Assembly (NCBI RefSeq): GCF_040938485.1
Contig: NW_027271844.1
Location: forward strand, 434,001 to 498,000
Direction of reading: 5' to 3'
DNA length: 64,000 bases
DNA from: Diadema antillarum
Lineage: Eukaryota
Made by a program: the position numbers and the translations under genes. A model generated the notes under the pieces. It was not told the DNA's origin, did not search any database, and was given only the letters and a program-made list of their open reading frames with translations. Each line of letters starts with the position of its first letter. Within the stretch, counting starts at the first letter, position 1. Below are positions 38,901 through 49,601 of this stretch, piece by piece.

Positions 38901-41900
38901 TTAATTGTGTTGCAAGACTATGAGAGCACTTATTCTCACCTGTATTTTGAACTAATTATCCTCAGACTCGGTTAAAAACATTTTTCTGTTTTCAAATTTC
39001 TGTCAGGTGTCTACAGTAATCTGGCAAATGAAGGAGACAGTCGTCCTGAAGAAGATGCCGCCGAAGAACCACGCCACAGCAAACTCACAGAATACATCAC
39101 GCTTATTGAGCATCGTGCGATGGCGGACTACTCAGACTTGGATTTGACTGGCAATACGGCAAAGGGTAGATTCGTAGTTATTCAAAGAAAAATAAACAAA
39201 AAGAATAAGCAAAATAAAAGATGAATAGAGGAAAGGGAGTACGTCAGTAAAATATGACATTATCAAAACTGCTTGGACTTTACTTTGTAACAGATATAAG
39301 TCACAGAACTGGGAGTGAAATGTTACAAAATAAAATGGCAAATTGACAGCAACATTTTGCTTCTCTCAACATTTTGCAACAGCAACAGCACCACTTCTCT
39401 CAGATCATACTTATCAAAGGAGTGGTCACGTGACGTACAACTATTGTGATAATAGAATAAATAGTAAAGTAATACTTATTGATCGTGTATTGTTCTTATC
39501 ATTCCTTCGCACATTTTTTCTTATTCATCAGTTTATATGACAAAAGTCTATATAAAAAAAAAATGAATTTGATTTGTTGATTATGTTTCATAACTTATCG
39601 TCTAGACGGTGTCGGCGCCCTGCGTACACATCAAGATGAGACAAACGTAGTGATCTTTGTCTGCGATTACCCGTAAGTCCAACCCTTTAATCAGTTGACC
39701 CCTTTCAGCAAATTTTAACTATTGATTGCATGAGTGCTACTTCATAATGATTTAGTTTATCTGTTCACCGTCAGTCACACAAGGTTTGAAAGTGGATATG
39801 ATATCATACAACTTTTCATGATCCTCGATTTTGTAAAGTTTTTATCTCGCTATTAGTTAAGTAAAGTCACGATGTTACTGTCAATGCAGGTCCACAATAA
39901 ATAGATAAAATCTATCTATTCTCCGTCAATCCCAACAGATTTGAAAGTAGATACGATAATCATACAACCTTTCATGATTCTGGATTTTGTGAAGTTTTTA
40001 TCTTGATATTAGTTAAGTGAAGTCCCCATATTACTATCAATGCAGGTCCACATTCAAAGATGAGGATCAAGTACTTTCTATTCGAAAAGTGATGGACAAA
40101 CTGCGTGAAATTTACGGTAAGCTTGGAACTCATTTGTCTTCATCGTTTAACGAGTATCAAGCCTTGACACCACTTCAATTGTTACTTCAATTTACTTCAA
40201 TTGATGTCTTTATTGTTTTATGTCACCCTTAGATATATCACCAATTTTTACCGATTTGTGGTGATAAATCCTAAGGACAACATCCAACAATGGCATGCAA
40301 ACAAACACACACACAAGCACATAATCCCAATTATGTTAAAACTTATCTCGTTACGTTTGGCCTGATTGATAGTTTGAGAACTATCAATGAATATCAAGAC
40401 GTGAAACGAACTAATAAAGGCTTGTTTTGCAGGTTCTTTAACCCTATTAGTAGAGCAGTTAAGCCCTCAAAATCACGTGAATTGTGCAAAATTTGACTAA
40501 AGCATGAAACTTTCACCAGTGTTAGTACATACCATAAGATTTATTTTAAGATCGGGAGGTAAGTCTGATTTGACCTCTGATGACCTCCAGAGGTCAATGT
40601 ACTTTAGATATCAGAAAATCGATGTTTTTAGACATTTGTGAATGATATATGTGGTTATGTTGCTCTAAACATGCATTTATACCACAGAGAAATCATTTCC
40701 AGATTCAACAGAGCACTGACAGGTTTTTACCTTTGACCTCTGATGACCTCCATTACCAGAGGTCACTGAACTTTAAATATCAAAATATCGATGTTCTGAG
40801 ACATTTGTGAATGATATATGTGGTTATGATTCACTAAACATGCATCTATACTTCAGGGAAACCATTTTCTGATTCCACAGAGCATTGACAGGTTTTAACC
40901 TTTGACCTCTGATGACCTTTGGAGGTCAATGACCTCAAAATATTATATCGATCTGTGATGTCATTGGTTATAATGGTAACCATTGTTAAGATGTACAAAA
41001 CAAGCATATCTGTCTTACCATGAAATTGTTTTCATATTCTAAAGAGCAGACAGGTTTCTACCTTTGACCTCTGATGACCTTGAGAGGTCAATGACCTCAG
41101 AATATCAGAATATTGAACTATGACATCATTGGTGAAAGGTCAAACATGGTAAAGATGTACAAAACAAGCATATCTGTGTACAATGACATCGTCTTCATAT
41201 TCCAAGGCACACAGACGAGTTTCTGCCTTTGACCTCTGGTGATCTCGAGAGGTCAATGACCTCAAAGTATCAGAATAGTTTGGCATCATCAATGGTAAAC
41301 ATGATGATGTTCAGGAGAGCACTCGTAGGCCCTGCTTATTAACGAGCCATTACCTTTCACCTATGAAAATCACACAAGGTCAAATACCTCTAATGAAATG
41401 TGAGGATGTTAATATTGATATTGCGATAGTTAATACAGTATAGTTAATAATTGTTTATAATGTAGGGCTTACAAACCATGCATTTCTGTTACTAAAAAAG
41501 TGGCTACTCATTCCGCAGAACTTTTCAGGTAATTATCTAAGTCGGGTATGTGCACTGAGCAAGGGGTGTCGATCTGTTTTCACGTGGGGGGGGGGGGGAC
41601 TTGGAAATATGTAAAAGCATAAGTTCATGGTGCAAAGGAATGAAGCGGAGGGGCAGGGGGAGGGTGTGGGTGGGGGATTGGATTTTTGCAGGTTTAGACC
41701 TGAAATCAGTGATTCAGTGTAGCTCTTGTTTAATGTGTGCGTCATCACTTATACGGAAGTTGATGGGGTGTGGGCGCATCTCACCTACCCCCCTCCCAAA
41801 GACGAAGTTTTTGATTTTTTTTTTTTAGAATCTGATGCATACGTTTTGGGGAATATTTGGAAAATTATGGATCGCCAAAGTGTACCAAGTCTATATGGAT

Positions 41901-44900
41901 GGGAACCCAGCAAGGGCAGCGTTGGCGAGGGTAGGGTATTCCACTCCCATTCGAGAGAGCTCTTGTATTTTGAGAAATGAGATTCAACGACCTGGCACAC
42001 ATGCACTTTTGAAGGAATACCTCGAAATTTGTATCAGAAAGGTGTAGTAAGTCAGCCATCTATGGAGGGAGACCAATTGACAGAAGGATGTGGGTGGAGG
42101 TATCCCCTTCCCACATTATGGAGCTTTTGCATTCTTTTGTTTGCAATTCAATGATCTCGTGCCACTCTTGGTTGAACTACCATTTTGAAAAAAAAAAGTC
42201 CATACCCAAATGTGTAACAATAATCAATGCATGGAGGAGAGGTTGATACAGCGAGAGGAGGGTATGAAAGGGGCTGTCCCCCAACCCTTCCCATGCGAGG
42301 GAGCCCTTGGAGTAAGAATAGAAATGTTAAAAAATCTTGTATACACATTTATAATGGAATATTTGGGAAATTATCAGTAAAAGGAGTGTACCAAATCTAA
42401 GGGTAGAAACCGAGGAGGGATTGTTAATTGAAAGATACACTACCCCCTCAAACAAGAGGGATTTTCTTTAATATGTCGGAACTGAAATTAAAGATCTAGT
42501 ACATCTAGAACAAAAATGGGACAAAAGCACTGAGCGTATATGGAAGGGGACATAACGAAAGATAATGTGGGGGAGGGGGTATGCAAAGCAGATTCTGCCT
42601 TTTAATCTGGTGCATACTATACCTGACATGTTCAGTGACAATTCATTTTCTGTCAAAAAAGTGAAGAAAAAAAAATCTCCATCTCAGGAAATACTTGGAG
42701 GCAAAGTTTTATGTCCCCACCATTCCCCCTCCCATATTTTCTCGGGAGGCGGGGCAAATGCCTCTTGCCCTCCAAAATGAACACTCGTGCATATATAGGA
42801 AAGCTTTTTCATCTTTGGAATTCAAATAAAAATATCTCTCAAAAACATTTTCCATAGAATTAGGGAAATTATCATTCCCCAAAGTATGTTATATCTGTGG
42901 AAGGAACCAAGCAGGGGGAAGGAGTCTATTGAAAGGAGATATCCCCTCTCACAGAAGGGAGATTTTGCATTTCAGAATGAAATTTCAACAATCCGGTGCA
43001 CACTTAAAGTGAAAAACTTGGGCAGTTTTCTGTCTAAAAAGCAAAAAAAAAAAAAAAAAACCAAAAAACTAACAACAACAAAACATAGTCCACATTTCAG
43101 AATTTAATGGGGTGGGGGTCAACTATACCTGCCACCACCCCACCCCTCCTCCAAACTGATGCCCCGGTATGTGCATGTGTTGTATTCCACTTGTTGAAAA
43201 GAAAAGAGTTTTAAGAAACAATATTGTTCAGTGGTCGCTATCCCAGTCAAGTAAATTGTTTATCCATAAGGTGATTTCCATCACCTGTATACCTTAAGAT
43301 GATGTAGGCCTGGTATTTGCCTTGCACGTTATTACATCTATTTCTCTTTTAGTATTCTCGTTTATATTTTGATGTGAAAGTGCTTTACTTTGCCATGATT
43401 TTATTTGTACATAGAAAAAATAATCCAAGACTGAAAATGAAACTGATACAATATTTAATGATTGACATGATGCACATATTGTGTATTTCTATAGCAATAA
43501 AAGTGAGCAATTCAAAAGGCGTGTACTCATTTCACATGAACATTAGCGATGACCCTCTGACCTCTGGAGGATATTGAAAGATATGGCCAGCTGCTTGTGA
43601 AATAATAATTATATTAAAAAAAATACATTTTGTGTGTGTGTCCAAAATTGTATGCAGAGTATTCCACACACAGTTCAATTTTGACTTCCATCTAGGACAA
43701 TGAGCGGTTACTTTTTTTCTCAAGTACACTGTAATATCAAAATCTATTGAAAAAAACACGGTGGCGGCTGGGTCTAACACATTATCATTCCTTTTCGTTG
43801 GAGATCCATGCCGGATGGTCAAAACAAACATAAAAACAGATATCTCAGACCTAATTGTTATAACAAAGCATCATATCCTCATAGACCCAACCCAACCCTC
43901 TATGCCCAGACAATGTAAGCCACCCCAAGGACTTACTTGGAGCTTTAGAATATCCTTTGTCAACAGAGAGAGACATCCGAACCTTTGCAGTGCCGACTAA
44001 GATCTGCCATGGAACCGACTGGTATTGGCTCTGAATCATTGACAGCAGATCTCGTTTCCTATTCTCCTTCTTCTTCTTCTTCTTCTTCTTCTTCTTCTTC
44101 TTCTTCTTCTTCTTCATTATACTGTGTAATCTTGTAATATTCTGCCATGGAGCCTTTTCTTAATTGGTTAAAGAAGGTATCCAAAGAGCTATATGAAGCA
44201 TAAAACAACAAACAAATGCAAAAACAAAAAGAGAGACATACGTATCTTTAATAACAGAGCTGAATATTGAGTATCTCTCTCCTGAAGTGTTTCAAAGAGA
44301 TACAAGAGACAGTGGCCTAGAGTAGCTGCCACCTTTTTTGGGAGTAGGCCTACTTTGTGTTCTTGCAAATGATGCCTGAAATTTTTGGTCATTGGCCCTT
44401 TTTGAAGAATGCAGCAATGGAGCCACAACTTCCTGCGGAGTGGATGTTGTGGGGTTCTTGTTGCATATAACATCATCGCTGAATTTACTTGTGCTGTACT
44501 TTCTTACAGGGATTGCCATTGTAGTTTTGTTTTGTTTTGTTTTGTTTTGTTATGTTTTTCAAGTGTGGCTGTAATACTGCTTGTTTTGCATATGATGGTC
44601 ATTGCAGCTAAAGAGTGCATATCTTCTCTGGATCATTCCAAACTTCATGATGTTTCACCTGGGTGAATGGATCCCAGATGATGCATGCATATTCCAGGAC
44701 AGTCCTGAGCGGCATGGAGTAGCAAAACACCTGAACTTAGTGATATATTCGTCTGGAGAGAGTCTTTGGTTGAAGTATAACCTTTTTAAGCTGCTGTGGC
44801 GATGTGATTCTAGCTGAGCCTCCTATTGGAGTAGACTTCAAAATATTTTGCACAATCCGCTTTCTCCATGGTTCGCCATGAATGCTTATCTATTCCCTGG

Positions 44901-46416
44901 GTAGGTCTCGGATGGCAATAGCTAGTTGCAATACACAGGATTGCTTCATGTGGAATGCTTGTTGCGCCTCACAGTATGTCGAAGTTTTCAGGATGGTCCA
45001 TGATGTCGCAGCTGTGGACTGTATACTCCAGGACCATGAGTCATTCATCGCAGTCATACTGTAACAACCCACCAGCTTAACACTGGCCAATACAGGCCCA
45101 CCAGCTGGAAACTATGCAAATATTGCCCATGAGCTTGACACTTAGGCAAACTAGTAACATAATGAGTCCGACAAATGGGGGAAAAGATCTATGAGACTTA
45201 CACTGAATAGATTAAACACTCTGTATATCAGTCTCGTGGGCCTTGTTTTCCTCGAGTGTTGAGATAATGGCCATATTTGCCTATATTTGCTAGTCTACAT
45301 AACTAACCCAAACATAACAGTCATATTTGAGGTCACTGCCATCACTCAAGAAACTTAAGCTTTATTTCTGAAGTAATTGACCTCTCACATTTCAGAGACC
45401 TGTTACTATAAACCAATGCTCTGTGGAATATGCATACATACTTTGATCAAAACGTCAATGCGTGATTTGTACATGATTAAGCATTTACGATTAAACCAAT
45501 GAAGCCAAACATCAATACAGGTAAGCCTACACATATTCTGATATTCTAAAAGCTCAGTGATCTCTCATTGTCCTGAGAGGTCAAAGTTGGATATGATGCA
45601 CAGGCTAATGACCAATGTCCATGGAATGACAAGATTCTTCTATTATAGCATAAATGATGGTACATCGGGTATAAGTTGACCATTGACTATACATAGAATA
45701 TCAATATTCTGATATTTTGAGGTCATTGACCTGTCACCTTCCTCAGAGGTCAAAGGTAGAGACACGTGAGTAATTTCTATTGCTCTGTGGAATAGAATAG
45801 GAAAACAATTCAATTGTAATACAAATGAATAAAACATCTATATCATGTTTATCATCAACCAATTGCACCAAATATCAATGTTCTGACATTTTGAGGTCAT
45901 TGACCTCATCATAGGTCATCTGAGGTCATCAGAGGTCAAAGGTAGAAATCTGACTCGAAAGGCTCAGTGGAACATTAAGGCAATTCCTCTTACAAAAATT
46001 AGTTTTTAGTACATAATTTTCGTGTTTCAGTTATGAGTGACGCATTAAAATATCAATTTTCTGACATTTTGAGGTCATTGACCTCTGGAGGTCATCAGAG
46101 GTCAAAGGTAGAAACCTGTCAGGGCTCTGTGGAACATAAAGACAATTTCACTGTGACAAAAATTAAGTTTTAGTACATCATTACTGTGTTTATCATTAAC
46201 CAATGGCGCAAAATATCAACTTTCTTAGATTTTGAGGTCATCGACCTCTAGAGGTCATCAGAGGTCAATTCAGACTTACCTCCTTACTTAAAATTAATCT
46301 TATAGCATGTACTAACAATGGTGAAAGTTTCATGCTTTAGTCAAATTTTGCACAATTCTTCGGCTTATCTGCTCTACTATATTAAGCCCAAGCTATTTTG
46401 ACCCCTCACAGGCCCA

Positions 46417-46450
<34 letters not shown>

Positions 46451-47838
46451 ATGTGCCCATATATATATATATTTTTTTAATTATTATTTGATGTATCATC
46501 GTCATATTTGCACATGGGTAGAGTAAGTCATACTCTACATGGCTATACATTTGAATTTTCTCAAGGTCACCCATGGAGGGCGCTGTTTACCAAAATATAA
46601 AAAAATACATAGGAAATATGCTAAAAACATGATTTTTCTGTGTAATTTCTTTATCCCCATCATATATGTTTTATTATAGACCATTCACTTTCATATTTGC
46701 CACAAATGATACGCAAGTAGAGTCTTATTATTTGTTATAGTTGAAATTTCTCAAGGTCACCACATGGGGGCGCTATTCATATCAACATAAAGAAATACAT
46801 TATGAGACCTGAGATTAAATGTTTGGGACGGGTACATGTAAAGTTATGACATTTCATATTGGCATAATGTAGTGGCATTTTGTGTTTCCAAATTGATAAT
46901 ATGATAAGCTAATGATATTAGAGGCATAACTTGGGTGAAAGAATCAAAATAACACAAAATAGAAGGGCAATCTTTAGTAAATATAAATTGTTATTAATTA
47001 TCTCTATTACATCTCTTGTTTTATGCCTTTGTCACATAAAAACAAAGGAAACAATAAAAAAATCTTTCCAGGACCACAATTACTTCAAATTTTGCTCCTT
47101 CAACATATTTCAGCCAAGAAACACCTATTTCATACACTATAATGCTGTTAAATGAAGTGGGAACAGAAAAAAAGATGCAAAATCTGACTGACATGGTTGT
47201 CAGTTTATGGTTGCCATGGCAACCAGCAACATCAGATATAGCTAAATTATATATCAAATTGTTTGTAATAAGATTTTAGGAAAAGTCACCAAATTTGGTT
47301 GAAATCGGATTAAGGGCGAAGGGGTTGCAAAAGAAAATCTGGTAGGGGGCGCAATGTGCCCCCCCCCCCCTTGGGCTTTATAGGGTTTACATAAATTGGT
47401 CACAATTTTATTCTTAATGCCTCAAGCAGTTGCACTTTGATAAAAGCATCGAAAAACGAAAGATCGAATAGACTTTTCAAAAAGATATTTTGTCTTTAAA
47501 TCCACGCATATTATTAGGCCATGTATTGGCAGTATTATAGTCTTTGTATTCTACATCAATTATGGCAATTGCCACATGGTGTTGTGATTGTTTGTTTTTT
47601 ATTTGTCCTTCTTGATTCTTCAGTGTGCCCTCCGATGATTGTGCTAACCCATAAAGATGTTTGCCAAGACACAGCGAATCTCAAATCCGACCTCAAATTG
47701 GCAACGGGAGGACAGCTCTGGGAATTCGAGAATTACACGGAATTAGCCCACACGGAAGACGTCGAGAGGGACCTTCAGTTCTTGCAGCTCCTTTCGGCTT
47801 CTGTGGAGTCCTTTGAACAGACACGGGTCCAACACTAG
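33737..47838 (+). CDS. Type I membrane protein: signal peptide + Ig-like domain + TM helix + cytoplasmic IFI44-like P-loop GTPase domain; 8 exons, 1209 nt / 402 aa
   Basis: Exons 33737-33797, 35169-35516, 37082-37231, 37847-37984, 39007-39165, 39606-39672, 40046-40116, 47624-47838. All GT-AG, phases 1,1,1,1,1,2,1 join into one open frame. Ig: LDCRL...LIWSS...TFTCF. TM: VFIALLAVIIVVAISMVVTLVVL followed by a basic stop-transfer stretch. Walker A GRRGSGKS, VVIFVCD strand, IVLTHKD G4-like motif, ENYT...RDLQFLQLL tail recalling IFI44. An N gap in intron 1 could hide a small exon. Confidence 0.85.
33891..34235. repeat. 88-bp inverted repeat with 169-bp spacer (Penelope-like inverted pseudo-LTR)
   Basis: 33891-33978 is the reverse complement of 34148-34235 with about 3 mismatches; contains the hammerhead motif. 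Confidence 0.85.
33941..33990 (-). ncRNA. Minimal type I hammerhead ribozyme (Penelope/retrozyme-like)
   Basis: Minus strand ATTACAGCC-CTGATGA-A-GGTC-cgaacga-GACC-GAA-AGCT-C^GGC-AATAA: core CUGAUGA and GAAA, 4-bp helix II, palindromic AGCU helix III, UC cleavage site, GCC/GGC helix I. Confidence 0.68.
34276..34439. other. Assembly gap (N run)
   Basis: Ns within intron 1 of the Ig-TM-GTPase gene. Confidence 0.99.
35169..35516 (+). CDS. Ig-TM-GTPase gene exon 2 (Ig-like domain)
   Basis: TCTTGCAG acceptor, phase 1-1 exon typical of Ig domains; Cys (LDC), Trp (LIW) and Cys (FTC) about 55 aa apart. Confidence 0.87.
35927..35973. repeat. (CT)n microsatellite
   Basis: Direct reading. Confidence 0.95.
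36820..37000 (+). mobile_element. Degenerate SINE fragment
   Basis: B-box-like GGTCGTAGGTTCGTTTCCTGCTCG followed by SINE-like body; no clear A box. Confidence 0.35.
37082..37231 (+). CDS. Ig-TM-GTPase gene exon 3 (transmembrane helix)
   Basis: TTTGAAG acceptor, AGLSTGVRVFIALLAVIIVVAISMVVTLVVLRIRSKIRRPRARSHEAIPL, G|GTGAGT donor. Confidence 0.87.
37847..37984 (+). CDS. Ig-TM-GTPase gene exon 4 (Walker A / G1)
   Basis: TTTTCTTCTAAAG acceptor, VGFDQRRQSLRKEMQEYDGGNVNIKIYGRRGSGKSALINSMNFALS, G|GTATTA donor. Confidence 0.88.
39007..39165 (+). CDS. Ig-TM-GTPase gene exon 5 (switch / G3 region)
   Basis: TTTCTGTCAG acceptor, GVYSNLANEGDSRPEEDAAEEPRHSKLTEYITLIEHRAMADYSDLDLTGNTAK, G|GTAGAT donor. Confidence 0.83.
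39606..39672 (+). CDS. Ig-TM-GTPase gene exon 6
   Basis: TCGTCTAG acceptor, DGVGALRTHQDETNVVIFVCDY, CC|GTAAGT donor. Confidence 0.83.
39790..40055 (+). repeat. ~157-bp diverged tandem duplication including a splice acceptor
   Basis: GAAAGT.GATA.GA...TCAATGCAGGTCCACA at ~39790-39897 and ~39945-40052. Confidence 0.82.
40046..40116 (+). CDS. Ig-TM-GTPase gene exon 7
   Basis: ATCAATGCAG acceptor, (P)STFKDEDQVLSIRKVMDKLREIY, G|GTAAGC donor; phases 2-1 fit both neighbours. Confidence 0.82.
40448..46379. mobile_element. Non-autonomous DNA transposon with ~0.9-kb modular TIRs (Academ-like, tentative)
   Basis: Ends TAGTAGAGCAG...CTGCTCTACTA, 3-bp TSD TAT/TAT, TIRs built of ~165-bp subrepeats. Superfamily inferred from YR..YR ends and 3-bp TSD only. 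Confidence 0.7.
44067..45200 (-). mobile_element. CR1/L2-group LINE 3' fragment with (GAA)n tail
   Basis: Minus-strand remnants VLEYACIIWDPFTQ (followed, after a frameshift, by IQRRYA) and ETLQER; ends in a (GAA)n tail at about 44067-44115. 5' limit approximate. Confidence 0.7.
47624..47838 (+). CDS. Ig-TM-GTPase gene terminal exon 8 (G4 and C-terminal helix)
   Basis: TTGATTCTTCAG acceptor, VCPPMIVLTHKDVCQD...WEFENYTELAHTEDVERDLQFLQLLSASVESFEQTRVQH then TAG. Confidence 0.86.
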
Positions 47839-47922
47839 ATTTTTAGGACCATTCATCTAAGACCAGACATGCCAGCTTTTAGAGGTTCATTCACTTCTGC
47901 TGATGAGCATGACAAACATTAA

Positions 47923-48487
47923 AGGACAGGTCCACCTCCATATACATATAAGGACTGAGAGAATGCAGCAATATTAGTAGAACACATCAGTGAAAGTTTG
48001 AGGAAAATAGAACAATCCGTTCAAAAGTTACGAATATTTTGGTATCTGCGCAGTCACTGCTGAAATAGGAGACTACTATACAACAGTGTATGATGTCACA
48101 TGCGTACAACTGTATAAGGAAAATAAAAAGAGAATTTCACAAAACTTTACTTTTTGAATAAAGTGCACATTTCTTTGACTTGCTACTGACGTATGTCAAG
48201 GGTAATATTATTCCCCCTGCCTTCTGAAAGAGAGAAGTCGAGTGTTTTTTTGTTATGCAAGAAAAGTGGAAATATGTTGAATTTTCTTTATTCTTTCTTT
48301 ATATCGTTGTACTCATGTAACATCACAAGCTATAGTAGTCTTTTCATCCAGCAGTGACTGAGCAGAAACTTCAAAAATTCATAACTTTTTAACGGATTGT
48401 CCGATTTTGCTCAAACTCTCACTGATGTGTTCTACTAATATTGCTGCATTCACTCAATCCACATGTCTATGAAGGTGAACTTGTCCT
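47923..48487. mobile_element. MITE, Kolobok/T2-type
   Basis: TTAA|AGGACA...TGTCCT|TGAA with long TIR (GAATGCAGCAATATTAGTAGAACACATCAGTGA and its reverse complement). Confidence 0.82.
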
Positions 48488-49142
48488 TGAAGGAGCCCTG
48501 CACACATTTCTCCTCACAATATAATTATGTACTGTACGTTTGATGTATTTCATCACCACCAGCCTGCTGCATTCTGTTTCATTTTTTTCTTGTTGTCACA
48601 TCTTAATGGGTAAAAGACACCCAAAAAAACCCCACCTAAAATATCGCGTTGGCTCTACAGTAAACAACCGATAGGCATGACTTCGTCGTAGATTAAATAC
48701 AAGTGGTATCGTTCTGTGAGAGGCACACACACGGTAATTAAAAGGGGAATTCCATAATGTTGCTTTCCACGAATGATTTATCAATTTCATTTCTTCTCCC
48801 CAGAAAATTTTCTTCAGACCTGTTCTTAGTATGTTATATTATGTGTAATGCCCTTTCGTGTGTCCTTCTCCGTCAGTTCAGAAATATTTGAGAGAAATGA
48901 AATTATTGAAATTTTGTGTGCAAACCGAATTTAGAGCTGCTGTAGATACCAGAGAGTTGTCGATTTGTCGTATACTCTCTAAACTTTTCCATTTCGTAAT
49001 TTTATGATTTATGATTTTTCCCAATATTGTCAGATTTACGTTTCTTGTTTTCCGTTTTCATGCAAAGCCACGCAATATCAGGATAGAATTTCCCTGTAAA
49101 AGTTGTGTGTATAGAATCTGTAAGCACCACACATTATGTTAA

Positions 49143-49601
49143 AGGAGACCTCCGGATGATTTTCAGATTTTTACATTTGAACAACTATGAATTAGTTATA
49201 CTGAGGACAGAGTTTCAGAATTTATGATAATTGGGATGAAGAATAAGAATATGTTCAAAGTTTATAACAAATCGAAATGAACAAGGATGATGACATGGCA
49301 GAGTCACTATAAGAATGCATGAGTTGGGGCTCAAGGAAGCAGAACAAAAGAAGGAGGCATGCATAGATTATACACAGGTGAACTCGCAAGCAAGCGGTAT
49401 TGTAATGGAATTACACTGCTACATTTCTGAAATATATGAACCTCCTCTGTCATCATCCTTGTTCAGTGTAATTTGTTTAAGGTTTTTCAAAGTATTGTTT
49501 CTCTGCTCAAGAAACACAATAAATTCCACAAATCTAAACATTGGGTTGTCGATTTATGTGCTACATGATGTGAAATTATGAAAATTGTCTGGAATGTCCC
49601 T
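49143..49601. mobile_element. MITE, Kolobok/T2-type (degenerate TIR)
   Basis: TTAA|AGGAGACCTCCGGATGATTTTCA ... TGAAAATTGTCTGGAATGTCCCT|TTAA. Confidence 0.68.

Larger units (their letters stand above)
40442..47385. mobile_element. piggyBac-like MITE (~1 kb) split near its left end by a 5.9-kb insertion
   Basis: TTAA|CCCTAT at 40442 and CTTGGGCTTTATAGGG|TTTA at 47385. Removing 40448-46379 and one TAT restores CCCTATTAAGCCCAAG, matching the right TIR. Confidence 0.72.

Noticed and set aside
39007-39165. ITIM/ITSM-like tyrosine motifs (VYSNL, TEYITL, DYSDL) in the cytoplasmic region
   Set aside because: They do not match the strict consensus well and fall inside the predicted GTPase fold, where YITLI is probably a core beta-strand.
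40448-46379. Second Polinton-like element because of AGTAG...CTACT ends
   Set aside because: The interrupted host MITE is restored only with a 3-bp TAT duplication and TAG...CTA ends, not a 6-bp TSD.
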